Notes: a model not told the origin generated them from the sequence alone. 32,000 nucleotides of DNA from Vibrio cholerae ATCC 14035 (GCF_000621645.1 NZ_JHXR01000003.1:150001-182000); one strand, 5' to 3'; counted from the first letter of the stretch, positions 9,509-18,033 are shown. Program-made: numbers and translations.

Positions 9509-9690
9509 TAAATGCTTTAAAAACAATGATGATTAAATTTATTTTAAATAATAAAAAATAGTTAAGTTGTATTTTGTTGTAATTTTACTACAAAATTGTA
9601 ATCCAACTTGACCCGTGCCAGAGAAAATCAGAAAGTTAGCGCTGTGAACTGAAAGTCCGAAGTCATTTAGCAACAATAAGAAGTCGTAAT

Positions 9691-10551
9691 ATGTATGAGA
9701 AGTTAATCGGGGCACATGTATCGGCCTCTGGTGGTGTCGAACTCGCGCCAGTTCGAGCTCATGAAATCGGAGCGAATGCTTTTGCTCTCTTCACCAAAAA
9801 CCAGCGCCAATGGGCAGCTAAGCCACTGGAAGCGAGCAGCATTCGTGCTTTCAAAGCCAATTGTAAAAAATGGGGATTTGGCAGTGAGGCGATTTTGCCG
9901 CACGACTCTTATCTGATTAATTTAGGGGCTCCAGAACCCGAGAAGCTCGACAAATCACGAGCCGCTTTTGTCGATGAAATGCTGCGTTGTGATCAGTTAG
10001 GGTTAACTTTGCTTAACTTTCATCCCGGTAGTCATTTACAGCAGGTCTCGGAAGAGGCGTGTTTAGCGACAATTGCTGAGTCAATTAATCTTGCGCATCG
10101 TCAAGTACCGAATGTGATTGCGGTGATTGAAAATACCGCAGGGCAGGGGAGTAACTTAGGTTGGCGTTTTGAGCATCTGGCGGCAATCATTGACCAAGTT
10201 GAGGATAAAGAGCGGGTTGGCGTATGCCTAGATACTTGCCACACCTTTGCCGCAGGGTATGATTTGCGTACGAAAGCCGCGTGTGATGAGACATTCGCTG
10301 AGTTTGAGCGAGTGGTCGGTATGCACTATTTGCGCGCAATGCACATCAATGATTCAAAAGGTAAGCTGGCTAGCCGCGTTGACCGCCATCATTCCTTAGG
10401 TATGGGAGAGATTGGCTGGGAGTGTTTTGAATATATCGCGCAAGATGCTCGATTTAACGGTATCCCTCTGATTTTAGAAACGATTGATCCTGACATTTGG
10501 GCGACTGAGATCGCAACGCTACGCAAATTTTCGACGCAAAAAGAGAATTAA
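9691..10551 (+). CDS. nfo: Endonuclease IV (AP endonuclease)
   Basis: The 286-aa product is collinear with E. coli Nfo ([69 protein letters not shown]). Confidence 0.96.
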
Positions 10552-10623
10552 TCGGCAAACTTCACAGATTTGGCATCTTTCTTTCATCATGCTCAGGGTC
10601 AGCGTTGTAAGAAGGATGCCGCT

Positions 10624-10746
10624 ATGAACTCATTAACTCAAACTGCTTCACCCAGTTCCAGACCCGCCGCTCGTCGCCCGGTTCCTAATCGACACGTCAA
10701 TGGGCAAGGGCATCATCGTGCTCCACAGCCGCAAAAACCGCATTAA
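10624..10746 (+). CDS. Hypothetical 40-aa ORF (MNSLTQTASPSSRPAARRPVPNRHVNGQGHHRAPQPQKPH), speculative
   Basis: I translated it by hand. An AAGGA lies 6 nt upstream of the ATG. The product is low-complexity and rich in Pro, Arg and His, with no recognisable family. It may not be coding. Confidence 0.2.
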   Translation: MNSLTQTASPSSRPAARRPVPNRHVNGQGHHRAPQPQKPH

Positions 10747-10919
10747 GATAACAAAAACCGTATTCAGATGAATGGCTAAGCAACCTCTCTCTTTAACAGG
10801 AGAGCGAGGTTGCCTTCCGCTTGTGAATATTGAAGTCGGTGCACTTATTTTCGCTTAGCTGCAACTGAGCGTGGTTTGGGTATACAATGCCAACAGAAAT
10901 CATAATTTAAGGTATTGAT

Positions 10920-11600
10920 ATGTCTGAATCACTGACGTGGCATGATGTCATTGGTAATGAAAAGCAGCAGGCTTACTTTCAACAAACTCTGCAATTTGTC
11001 GAAAGCCAGCGTCAAGCCGGAAAAGTTATCTATCCTCCCGCTAAAGATGTGTTTAACGCCTTTCGCTTTACCGAGTTTGGTGACGTGAAAGTGGTGATCT
11101 TGGGGCAAGATCCTTATCACGGCCCTAATCAGGCGCATGGTTTGTGTTTCTCTGTGCTACCGGGTGTCAAAACACCGCCCTCGTTAGTCAATATTTATAA
11201 AGAGTTAGCGCAAGATATCCCTGGATTTCAAATCCCACCTCATGGCTACCTACAAAGTTGGGCACAGCAGGGCGTTTTGCTACTCAACACCGTATTGACT
11301 GTTGAACAAGGTATGGCCCATTCTCATGCGAATACCGGCTGGGAAACCTTCACGGATCGTGTGATTGACGCCTTGAATCAACACCGAAATGGGTTGATCT
11401 TCCTATTGTGGGGATCGCACGCGCAGAAAAAGGGCCAGATGATCGATCGCCAGCGCCATCATGTCTTGATGGCTCCGCACCCTTCACCGCTTTCGGCGCA
11501 CAGGGGCTTTTTAGGATGTCGGCATTTCTCTAAAACCAATCAATTGCTGCAAGCGCAAGGTATCGCTCCCATTAACTGGCAGCCCGAGCTCGAATCTTAA
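10920..11600 (+). CDS. ung: Uracil-DNA glycosylase
   Basis: The 226-aa product has the family-1 UDG motifs [22 protein letters not shown] and HPSPLSA. Confidence 0.96.
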
Positions 11601-11689
11601 TGCAATTGGCGTTTTTTCGACCAGTTTCAAAGCCGATATATCAATCCTTATGTACACTTTACCTTAGTACAAGTATGGAGATTGATAAG

Positions 11690-12241
11690 ATGATGATGGA
11701 ACGAATCCGCCGCGAGCACAGTTATATGGTGCGTTTGTTGTCGATTTTACGCCACAAATTGGATCTGGTGAAAAGCGAGCAACCGATCAACTACAGCCTT
11801 CTGAAAGAAATCGTTGATTATTTAGCAAGCCATTCAGAGAAAGTGCATCACCCGAAAGAGGACATTCTGTACCGCCACTACATGGCACATTACGGCGATG
11901 AACAGCAAGTGGCTAATTTGGAGCGTGAACATCAAGAGTTGGCGCAAATTACCCATCAGTTTCTCGATGTCATGGAGATGATTTTAAACGATGCGGTTGT
12001 GCCACAAGATGTGTTTATTGAGCAACTGGAGGCCTTTCTACAAGGTCAAAAACAGCATTTAGAGTTGGAAGAACAATCGATTTTGCCATTGATTAATCAA
12101 ACGTTTGAATTAGAAGATTGGCAGAACGTTGAGTCGCAATGGCAAAACAACGATGATGATCCGGTATTCGGTGAAACGATCGCTGAGCGATATGCGCTTT
12201 TGGCTCGCCGTGTTCGTAAAAGTGAGAGTGAATACACCTAA
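11690..12241 (+). CDS. Hemerythrin HHE cation-binding-domain-like protein
   Basis: His/Glu motifs are spaced as in hemerythrin-like four-helix bundles (HSEKVHHPKEDILY, EREHQEL, KQHLELEEQSILP). I chose the ATG at 11690, which follows a GGAG at 11677-11680. The track ORF extends upstream to 11600, overlapping the ung stop, and that extension is probably not translated. Confidence 0.72.
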   Translation: MMMERIRREHSYMVRLLSILRHKLDLVKSEQPINYSLLKEIVDYLASHSEKVHHPKEDILYRHYMAHYGDEQQVANLEREHQELAQITHQFLDVMEMILNDAVVPQDVFIEQLEAFLQGQKQHLELEEQSILPLINQTFELEDWQNVESQWQNNDDDPVFGETIAERYALLARRVRKSESEYT

Positions 12242-12339
12242 CCAATCAAAGGTATACCATGCAGGATTGCTTCAGTTTCACATGACACTGCGTTGTCTAG
12301 AGAAGCTTGCTGTGGATAGCCGTTCTCACTTAAAGTCTT

Positions 12340-12375
12340 AAAAACAACAAAGGCACGCGAAACGTGCCTTTGTTG
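12340..12375 (-). terminator. Rho-independent terminator of the small minus-strand gene (may also stop the hemerythrin-like transcript)
   Basis: A 13-bp perfect stem CAACAAAGGCACG / CGTGCCTTTGTTG (12345-12357 / 12363-12375) is followed by a T5 run on the minus strand. Confidence 0.7.
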
Positions 12376-12384
12376 CTCAATCCT

Positions 12385-12591
12385 TTAAATTTTTATGTCG
12401 TCAGCGTCGAGACAAACATCCATATCCAACAACTCTTTCTCTAGTCGTTTACGATCTCGAATCGCTTCGATCTCGCGCCACATCCGTTTTACAGGTTTAG
12501 AACGGCTAGTACGAATTTTCGAGATTTCCATTTCCAACAGCTCATCAAAGTGCAGTTCGTCCATAAGTCGCCTCATTATTGTTGTCATCAT
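12385..12591 (-). CDS. Small conserved hypothetical protein with KRMWREIEAIRDRKRLEKEL motif (DUF3545-like, from memory)
   Basis: This is a 68-77 aa charged, helical protein with its own terminator. The start is ambiguous: GTG 12618, ATG 12591 or 12588 next to an AAGGA, or ATG 12576. Confidence 0.6.
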   Translation of the reverse strand: MMTTIMRRLMDELHFDELLEMEISKIRTSRSKPVKRMWREIEAIRDRKRLEKELLDMDVCLDADDIKI

Positions 12592-13256
12592 TCCTTGAGT
12601 GCTCTCTAAATAGCACACCTTGGCGAAGCGTAACTATGATTTGTTTCTCATTTGTTTCGTTTTAATGAAGCTTTAGTGAGCTTTTGAATAGAATTTCACA
12701 GTTTTCACCCTGAGTTATCGATGGAAAACTGAACAAAAAATTGAGGCAATCGATTAACTGGACGATTTTTTTGTGTTGCTGAAATGTTGTTTTTTACGTT
12801 GCACGGAATTGTGTTGGTTGTTTTTTGTGCGAACAAACAGGAAATATGACACTCTCCTGACAAAATTTACTGGTTCGCACAGGCATGCTGCGATTCCCAA
12901 AGCGTGAGATTTCATTAATGCAACAAAGCATTTGTGGTGAATAAATGTACTGATCTGTGTGCTTTTTGTTTTCTTTTTGTTCTTTGTTTGTGACTCAAAT
13001 GGTTTTGTTGATGTTAATAAAGCGTGATTTTAAGGTGAAAAATAACATTTTAATGCAATCCTGTTCATATTGATTTTTGCGGATTGAGGTTGCATTATCC
13101 GCCCGTCAAAAAATAGGCTGGGTGCTTTTCGAGGTCTCTTCTGCTCGAGAGTGCCATGACATACACGGCAAAAAGATAATCTCAATACCGTATCCGTGTA
13201 ACAGAAACTCTTACTCATCGGAGTCAGAGCAGCTCATCACTCTATGCGAGGTTCCT

Positions 13257-14687
13257 GTGACAGACTTAATTAATTTAATGAATGACCTACTATGGGGTTC
13301 CATCTTGGTATACCTATTGGTCGGGGTCGGTATCTACTTCACTTTGCGATTGGGTTTTATCCAATTTCGTCATTTCACCCACACTTTTACCGTCCTCAAA
13401 AATAGCCGTAAAGCGGATAACGCTGGCATCTCCTCTTTCCAAGCGTTATGTACCAGCCTTGCCGCACGTGTCGGTACGGGGAACATGGCCGGGGTGGCGG
13501 TTGCTTTAACCGCTGGTGGTCCTGGCGCCATCTTCTGGATGTGGTTGATTGCCATGTTAGGCATGGCGACTTCTTTCGCTGAAAGTACCCTAGCTCAGTT
13601 GTATAAAACGCGTGACAAAGATGGCAATTACCGCGGCGGTCCAGCGTATTACATGGAAAAAGGCCTTGGTATGCGTTGGATGGGGGTGCTGTTCTCCATC
13701 TTCCTGATCATTGCGTTTGGTTTGGTGTTTAACGCGGTGCAAGCCAACTCAATCACCAATGCGATGAAAACGGCTTTCGGTTTTGAACCCATGCTGATCG
13801 GTATTGGTATCGTGTTGCTGACCGCTTTCGTGATTTTTGGTGGCATCCGTAAGATTGCACGGACGGCAGAGCTGATTGTGCCTTTCATGGCGTTTGCTTA
13901 TCTGGCGATTGCTCTGTTTGTCGTGGTCATGAATTATGAGAAAGTGCCTGATGCGATTAGCCTGATTTTCAAAAGTGCCTTCGGTTTACAAGAAGCGGCT
14001 GCAGGTGGCCTAGGCTATGCGATTGCACAAGCTATGATCAACGGTGTGAAACGTGGCTTGTTCTCAAACGAAGCGGGTATGGGTTCTGCACCTAACGCCG
14101 CGGCTTCTGCAACGCCATATCCACCACACCCAGCTTCACAAGGTTACGTGCAAATGCTTGGTGTGTTCATCGATACGATTGTGATCTGTACCGCGACAGT
14201 GGCGATTATCCTTATGTCTGGTGAGTATGTACCGCACGGCGAGTTAACGGGTATTGAGCTGACTCAGCGTGCACTCAGTTCACAAGTAGGGGATTGGGGA
14301 GGTATCTTTATCGCATTTGCGATCTTCTTCTTCGCTTTTACTTCGATCATCGCCAACTACTCGTATGCGGAAACCAACCTGATTTTCCTTGAGCACAACA
14401 ATAAGAAAGGCTTAGTGCTGTTTCGTCTCGTGTTCTTAGGTATGGTGATGTTTGGCTCGTTGGCAACATTGCCAACGGTGTGGGCGATGGCGGATGTCTC
14501 GATGGGCTTGATGGCGATTGTGAACTTGGTCGCTATCCTCCTGCTCTCAGGTATCGTGATTAAACTGGCGAAAGATTACAACCGTCAGCTGGATGCTGGC
14601 AAAGTACCGACCTTTGATGCCAATGATTACCCAGAGTTGAAATCTCAGCTTGAAGATGGCATTTGGGATAACAACAAAGCGTCATAG
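13257..14687 (+). CDS. yaaJ: Alanine/glycine:cation (Na+) symporter, AGCS family
   Basis: A GTG start at 13257 follows a GAGG Shine-Dalgarno 5 nt upstream. It gives MTDLINLMNDLLWGS, which aligns residue for residue with the E. coli YaaJ N-terminus MPDFFSFINSVLWGS from memory. The 476-aa product is polytopic (SFQALCTSLAARVGTGN, FSNEAGMGSAPNAAA). The track ORF's extra 60 N-terminal codons look non-coding. Confidence 0.92.
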   Translation: MTDLINLMNDLLWGSILVYLLVGVGIYFTLRLGFIQFRHFTHTFTVLKNSRKADNAGISSFQALCTSLAARVGTGNMAGVAVALTAGGPGAIFWMWLIAMLGMATSFAESTLAQLYKTRDKDGNYRGGPAYYMEKGLGMRWMGVLFSIFLIIAFGLVFNAVQANSITNAMKTAFGFEPMLIGIGIVLLTAFVIFGGIRKIARTAELIVPFMAFAYLAIALFVVVMNYEKVPDAISLIFKSAFGLQEAAAGGLGYAIAQAMINGVKRGLFSNEAGMGSAPNAAASATPYPPHPASQGYVQMLGVFIDTIVICTATVAIILMSGEYVPHGELTGIELTQRALSSQVGDWGGIFIAFAIFFFAFTSIIANYSYAETNLIFLEHNNKKGLVLFRLVFLGMVMFGSLATLPTVWAMADVSMGLMAIVNLVAILLLSGIVIKLAKDYNRQLDAGKVPTFDANDYPELKSQLEDGIWDNNKAS

Positions 14688-14709
14688 ACAGCGCCGATGT
14701 CAGAAATTG

Positions 14710-14742
14710 AAAAAGCCATGCAGACACCGCATGGCTTTTTTT
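14710..14742 (+). terminator. Rho-independent terminator after the symporter gene
   Basis: The hairpin AGCCATGC agacacc GCATGGCT is flanked by an A-run and a T6 run. Confidence 0.8.
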
Positions 14743-14850
14743 GTACCCTAGCTTGCGTCATCTTATAAAAAATTTAATCACTTGGAATAATGGCCAGTGC
14801 TGTCGTTTCAAGTCGGTTGATAACACGCTCAACAAAAGATAGGAATTATT

Positions 14851-15624
14851 ATGCTGATTGTCGTTTCACCTGCGAAAACGCTGGATTATGAATCTCCCGT
14901 TTCAACCTCAAACTTTACGCAGCCTGAATTAACCGCGCATTCGGCAGAGTTAATTCAAGTCTGTCGTACTTTGTCATCACAGGATGTTTCTGAGCTGATG
15001 AGTGTCAGCGATAAAATTGCCGGACTCAATGTGGCTCGATTTGCGCAGTGGAGTGAAACCTTCACTCTCGATAACGCACGACAGGCGATTTTCGCTTTCA
15101 AAGGTGATGTGTACACTGGGCTGGAAGCGGAAACACTCTCGCCACAAGATTTGGATTTTGCCCAGCAACATCTACGTATGCTCTCTGGCTTGTATGGCGT
15201 GTTGCGCCCGCTGGATTTGATGCAACCTTATCGCCTAGAAATGGGAACAAAATTAGCCAACGCGCGTGGTGCGAATCTGTATCAGTTTTGGGGGGACATT
15301 ATTACAGAGAAGCTCAATCAAGCGATTGAAGCACAAGGTGATAATGTACTGGTAAACCTTGCCTCTAATGAGTATTTCAAAGCGGTCAATCCGAAGCGAT
15401 TGAACGCGCAAATTGTGACGCCAATCTTTAAAGATGCCAAAAATGGCCAATATAAAATCATCAGCTTCTTTGCGAAGAAAGCACGCGGCATGATGGCTCG
15501 CTACATCATTGAAAATCGAATTAAATCGGTAAAGGATTTAGAAGGTTTCAACACTGCGGGCTACTATTTTGTGGCAAGTGAATCAACACCCACCGAGTTG
15601 GTGTTTAAGCGCGAAGAGCAATAA
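14851..15624 (+). CDS. yaaA: Peroxide stress protein YaaA (UPF0246)
   Basis: The 257-aa product starts [12 protein letters not shown] and contains FKGDVY and YRLEMG, which are typical of YaaA. An AGGAA Shine-Dalgarno lies upstream. Confidence 0.93.
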   Translation: MLIVVSPAKTLDYESPVSTSNFTQPELTAHSAELIQVCRTLSSQDVSELMSVSDKIAGLNVARFAQWSETFTLDNARQAIFAFKGDVYTGLEAETLSPQDLDFAQQHLRMLSGLYGVLRPLDLMQPYRLEMGTKLANARGANLYQFWGDIITEKLNQAIEAQGDNVLVNLASNEYFKAVNPKRLNAQIVTPIFKDAKNGQYKIISFFAKKARGMMARYIIENRIKSVKDLEGFNTAGYYFVASESTPTELVFKREEQ

Positions 15625-15650
15625 CCTCCAAGGTTCAAAATAAGGAACAC

Positions 15651-15794
15651 ATGATGTGGCTATGGTTAAAACGTTGGATTGCGAAATACGATGCTTGGTG
15701 CCAAAGCATGGGGTTAATGCCGGGGCAAAAGCGCAGTTGTGTTCCTTATCGAAAAGATCCGGCCAATGAACGAGACGATTCCACCTCCGCTTGA
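15651..15794 (+). CDS. Small 47-aa Trp-rich protein (MMWLWLKRWIAKYDAWCQSMGLMPGQKRSCVPYRKDPANERDDSTSA), possibly DUF5363-like
   Basis: I translated it by hand, and it is absent from the ORF track because it is under 60 aa. A TAAGGA Shine-Dalgarno at 15641-15646 lies 4-7 nt before tandem ATGs. The ORF starts 26 nt after the yaaA stop and overlaps the next gene's start by 29 nt in another frame. Confidence 0.5.
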   Translation: MMWLWLKRWIAKYDAWCQSMGLMPGQKRSCVPYRKDPANERDDSTSA

Positions 15795-16590
15795 ATGGTC
15801 GTTGTTCGACACCCATTGCCACTTTGATTTTCCTCCGTTTACTGCCACCCCTGAGCTGGAATTGCAAAAAGCGGCGCAGCATGGAGTTAGGCGGCTCGTT
15901 GTGCCATCGATTGGGCCGCAAGATTGGCAGGCGGTGACTGAGCTGGCGCAGCGCTTTCCCTCAACCATTTACTATGCGTTGGGATTTCATCCACTCTATT
16001 TAGATGCCTCTTCACCGACCCATTTACCTGCGTTAGAAAAGGCTCTAATGCAGGCAGAACAGGCTTGTGTAGCCGTTGGGGAGTGCGGTTTAGATGGCAT
16101 GATAGACGTCGATGTGGCGCTACAAGAGCAGATGCTGATCGCCCAGCTCTCTATGGCCTCACAGGCCAAACTACCCGTGATCCTGCATAGCCGACGTACT
16201 CACAATCGGTTGTTACAGTTATTGAAACAGCAGCGTTTTCAACAAGGTGGTGTGCTGCATGCTTTTTCTGGCAGTGTGCAAGAAGCGCAGCAGTTTGTAG
16301 ACCTAGGGTTTAAGATTGGTGTGGGAGGCGTCATCACTTACCCAAGAGCCAATAAAACTCGGCAAGCCATCGCAGCGTTACCTGTAGAGCACATAGTGTT
16401 AGAGACGGACGCGCCTGATATGCCACTGAATGGTTTTCAAGGTCAGGCTAACCATCCGGCTCAATTAGCCAAGGTTTTAGAAACACTCGCCGAGCTAAAA
16501 GGTGTTTCAGCACAATATCTCGCGCCAATCCTCTGGCAAAACAGTCAAATGCTGTTTGGCTTGTGTGAACAAAACCGAAACAAGATGTAG
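15766..16590 (+). CDS. yjjV: TatD-family metal-dependent hydrolase (YjjV-like)
   Basis: The product is collinear with E. coli YjjV from memory (DTHCHFDFPPF, GECGLD, LPVILHSRRTH, GVLHAFSGS, GFKIGVGGVITYPRANKTR, LETDAPDMPLNGFQGQ.N.P). I chose the start ATG 15766 over ATG 15739. Confidence 0.88.
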   Translation: MNETIPPPLEWSLFDTHCHFDFPPFTATPELELQKAAQHGVRRLVVPSIGPQDWQAVTELAQRFPSTIYYALGFHPLYLDASSPTHLPALEKALMQAEQACVAVGECGLDGMIDVDVALQEQMLIAQLSMASQAKLPVILHSRRTHNRLLQLLKQQRFQQGGVLHAFSGSVQEAQQFVDLGFKIGVGGVITYPRANKTRQAIAALPVEHIVLETDAPDMPLNGFQGQANHPAQLAKVLETLAELKGVSAQYLAPILWQNSQMLFGLCEQNRNKM

Positions 16591-16616
16591 CGTTAATGAC
16601 GCATCTGTCACTAAAA

Positions 16617-16711
16617 GTTGAGTGGTGTCACAGATATTAGTGAACGCGTGATGAATCTTATCCGAAAGTGTGAATCCTGCATTACTTTCTCTCTGTGCCC
16701 GTGAGTATAAT
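16617..16711 (+). promoter_or_regulatory. Candidate nupC promoter: -10 TATAAT (16706-16711) with two weak CRP-like sites centred near -41.5 and -93.5
   Basis: The proximal site is TGTGA-atcctg-CATTA (16669-16684). The distal site is GTTGA-gtggtg-TCACA (16617-16632). Their centres are 52 bp apart. The TATAAT is perfect, and each CRP site has only one good half-site. Confidence 0.3.
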
Positions 16712-16776
16712 TGCCCCCGCTTAATCGCTCCATTTTGTAACACGCCAACATTAAACTAATAAGGAAGTCATAAACT

Positions 16777-18033
16777 ATGAGCCTGTTTATGAGCCTCATC
16801 GGCATGGCAGTTCTGCTAGGAATCGCAGTTCTACTGTCAAGTAACCGTAAAGCTATCAATCTAAGAACTGTGGGTGGCGCTTTTGCTATCCAATTTTCAC
16901 TGGGTGCATTTATTCTGTATGTGCCTTGGGGCCAAGAGCTACTTCGTGGCTTTTCGGATGCCGTATCGAATGTTATTAACTACGGTAACGATGGTACTTC
17001 ATTCCTCTTCGGTGGACTGGTATCAGGCAAAATGTTTGAAGTGTTTGGCGGCGGCGGTTTCATTTTCGCATTCCGCGTACTACCAACACTGATCTTCTTC
17101 TCAGCACTGATTTCTGTACTGTACTACTTGGGTGTTATGCAATGGGTTATCCGCATTCTTGGCGGTGGTCTGCAAAAAGCACTGGGTACATCACGCGCGG
17201 AATCTATGTCTGCGGCTGCAAACATTTTCGTGGGTCAAACTGAAGCACCATTAGTTGTTCGTCCATTCGTTCCAAAAATGACTCAATCTGAGCTGTTTGC
17301 GGTAATGTGTGGTGGCTTGGCTTCTATCGCAGGTGGTGTACTTGCGGGTTACGCTTCAATGGGCGTTAAGATCGAATACTTGGTAGCGGCGTCATTCATG
17401 GCGGCACCGGGTGGTCTGCTGTTCGCAAAACTGATGATGCCTGAAACTGAAAAACCACAAGACAATGAAGACATTACTCTTGATGGTGGTGACGACAAAC
17501 CGGCTAACGTTATCGATGCGGCTGCTGGCGGTGCTTCTGCTGGTCTGCAACTTGCTCTGAACGTTGGTGCAATGTTGATTGCCTTTATCGGTTTGATTGC
17601 TCTGATCAACGGTATGTTGGGTGGCATCGGTGGTTGGTTCGGTATGCCTGAACTGAAACTGGAAATGCTACTGGGCTGGTTGTTTGCGCCTCTGGCTTTC
17701 CTGATCGGTGTTCCTTGGAACGAAGCAACTGTTGCGGGTGAGTTCATCGGTCTAAAAACCGTTGCTAACGAATTCGTTGCTTACTCTCAGTTTGCGCCTT
17801 ACCTGACTGAAGCGGCACCAGTGGTTCTGTCTGAGAAAACCAAAGCGATCATCTCTTTCGCTCTGTGTGGTTTTGCGAACCTTTCTTCTATCGCAATTCT
17901 GCTTGGTGGTTTGGGTAGCTTGGCACCTAAGCGTCGTGGCGACATCGCTCGTATGGGGGTCAAAGCGGTTATCGCAGGTACTCTATCTAACCTGATGGCA
18001 GCGACCATCGCTGGCTTCTTCCTCTCTTTCTAA
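16777..18033 (+). CDS. nupC: Concentrative nucleoside transporter, NupC/CNT family
   Basis: This is a 418-aa polytopic membrane protein. The N-terminus MSLFMSLIGMAVLLGIAVLL and the length match my memory of the structurally characterised V. cholerae CNT. Codon usage is strongly optimised. Confidence 0.96.
   Translation: MSLFMSLIGMAVLLGIAVLLSSNRKAINLRTVGGAFAIQFSLGAFILYVPWGQELLRGFSDAVSNVINYGNDGTSFLFGGLVSGKMFEVFGGGGFIFAFRVLPTLIFFSALISVLYYLGVMQWVIRILGGGLQKALGTSRAESMSAAANIFVGQTEAPLVVRPFVPKMTQSELFAVMCGGLASIAGGVLAGYASMGVKIEYLVAASFMAAPGGLLFAKLMMPETEKPQDNEDITLDGGDDKPANVIDAAAGGASAGLQLALNVGAMLIAFIGLIALINGMLGGIGGWFGMPELKLEMLLGWLFAPLAFLIGVPWNEATVAGEFIGLKTVANEFVAYSQFAPYLTEAAPVVLSEKTKAIISFALCGFANLSSIAILLGGLGSLAPKRRGDIARMGVKAVIAGTLSNLMAATIAGFFLSF

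Noticed and set aside
11600-11689. An upstream extension of the hemerythrin-like ORF that starts on the last base of the ung stop codon.
   Set aside because: The extension ([25 protein letters not shown]...) has no Shine-Dalgarno and no domain content. A GGAG-preceded ATG at 11690 gives a protein that starts where the hemerythrin-like helices begin.
12784-12849. A 21-aa hydrophobic mini-ORF (MLFFTLHGIVLVVFCANKQEI) resembling a type I toxin.
   Set aside because: It has no Shine-Dalgarno and no obvious antisense RNA promoter or terminator. Its hydrophobicity is a by-product of translating a T-rich tract.
13077-13256. An N-terminal 60-codon extension of the symporter ORF, and the idea of a glycine riboswitch in this leader.
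   Set aside because: The extension lacks membrane-protein character, and the E. coli YaaJ N-terminus aligns exactly from GTG 13257, which has a GAGG Shine-Dalgarno. I could not find the conserved glycine-riboswitch cores (GGAGAG ... CACCGAAGGGGCAA-like segments).
15583-15968. Minus-strand ORFs of 112 and 84 aa opposite the yaaA-yjjV junction.
   Set aside because: They are antisense shadows of well-supported plus-strand genes. They are Arg/Cys/Trp-rich and have no start-site signals.
17349-17747. A 132-aa minus-strand ORF inside nupC. Similar long antisense ORFs occur inside thrA-thrB (6483-6923), deoA (20158-20463), deoD (22379-22804), radA (27512-27877, 28491-28820) and arcA (1303-1488, 1720-1938).
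   Set aside because: All are fully nested opposite strongly supported conserved genes. They have Pro/Ser/Arg/Ala-rich shadow-frame composition and lack ribosome-binding sites.
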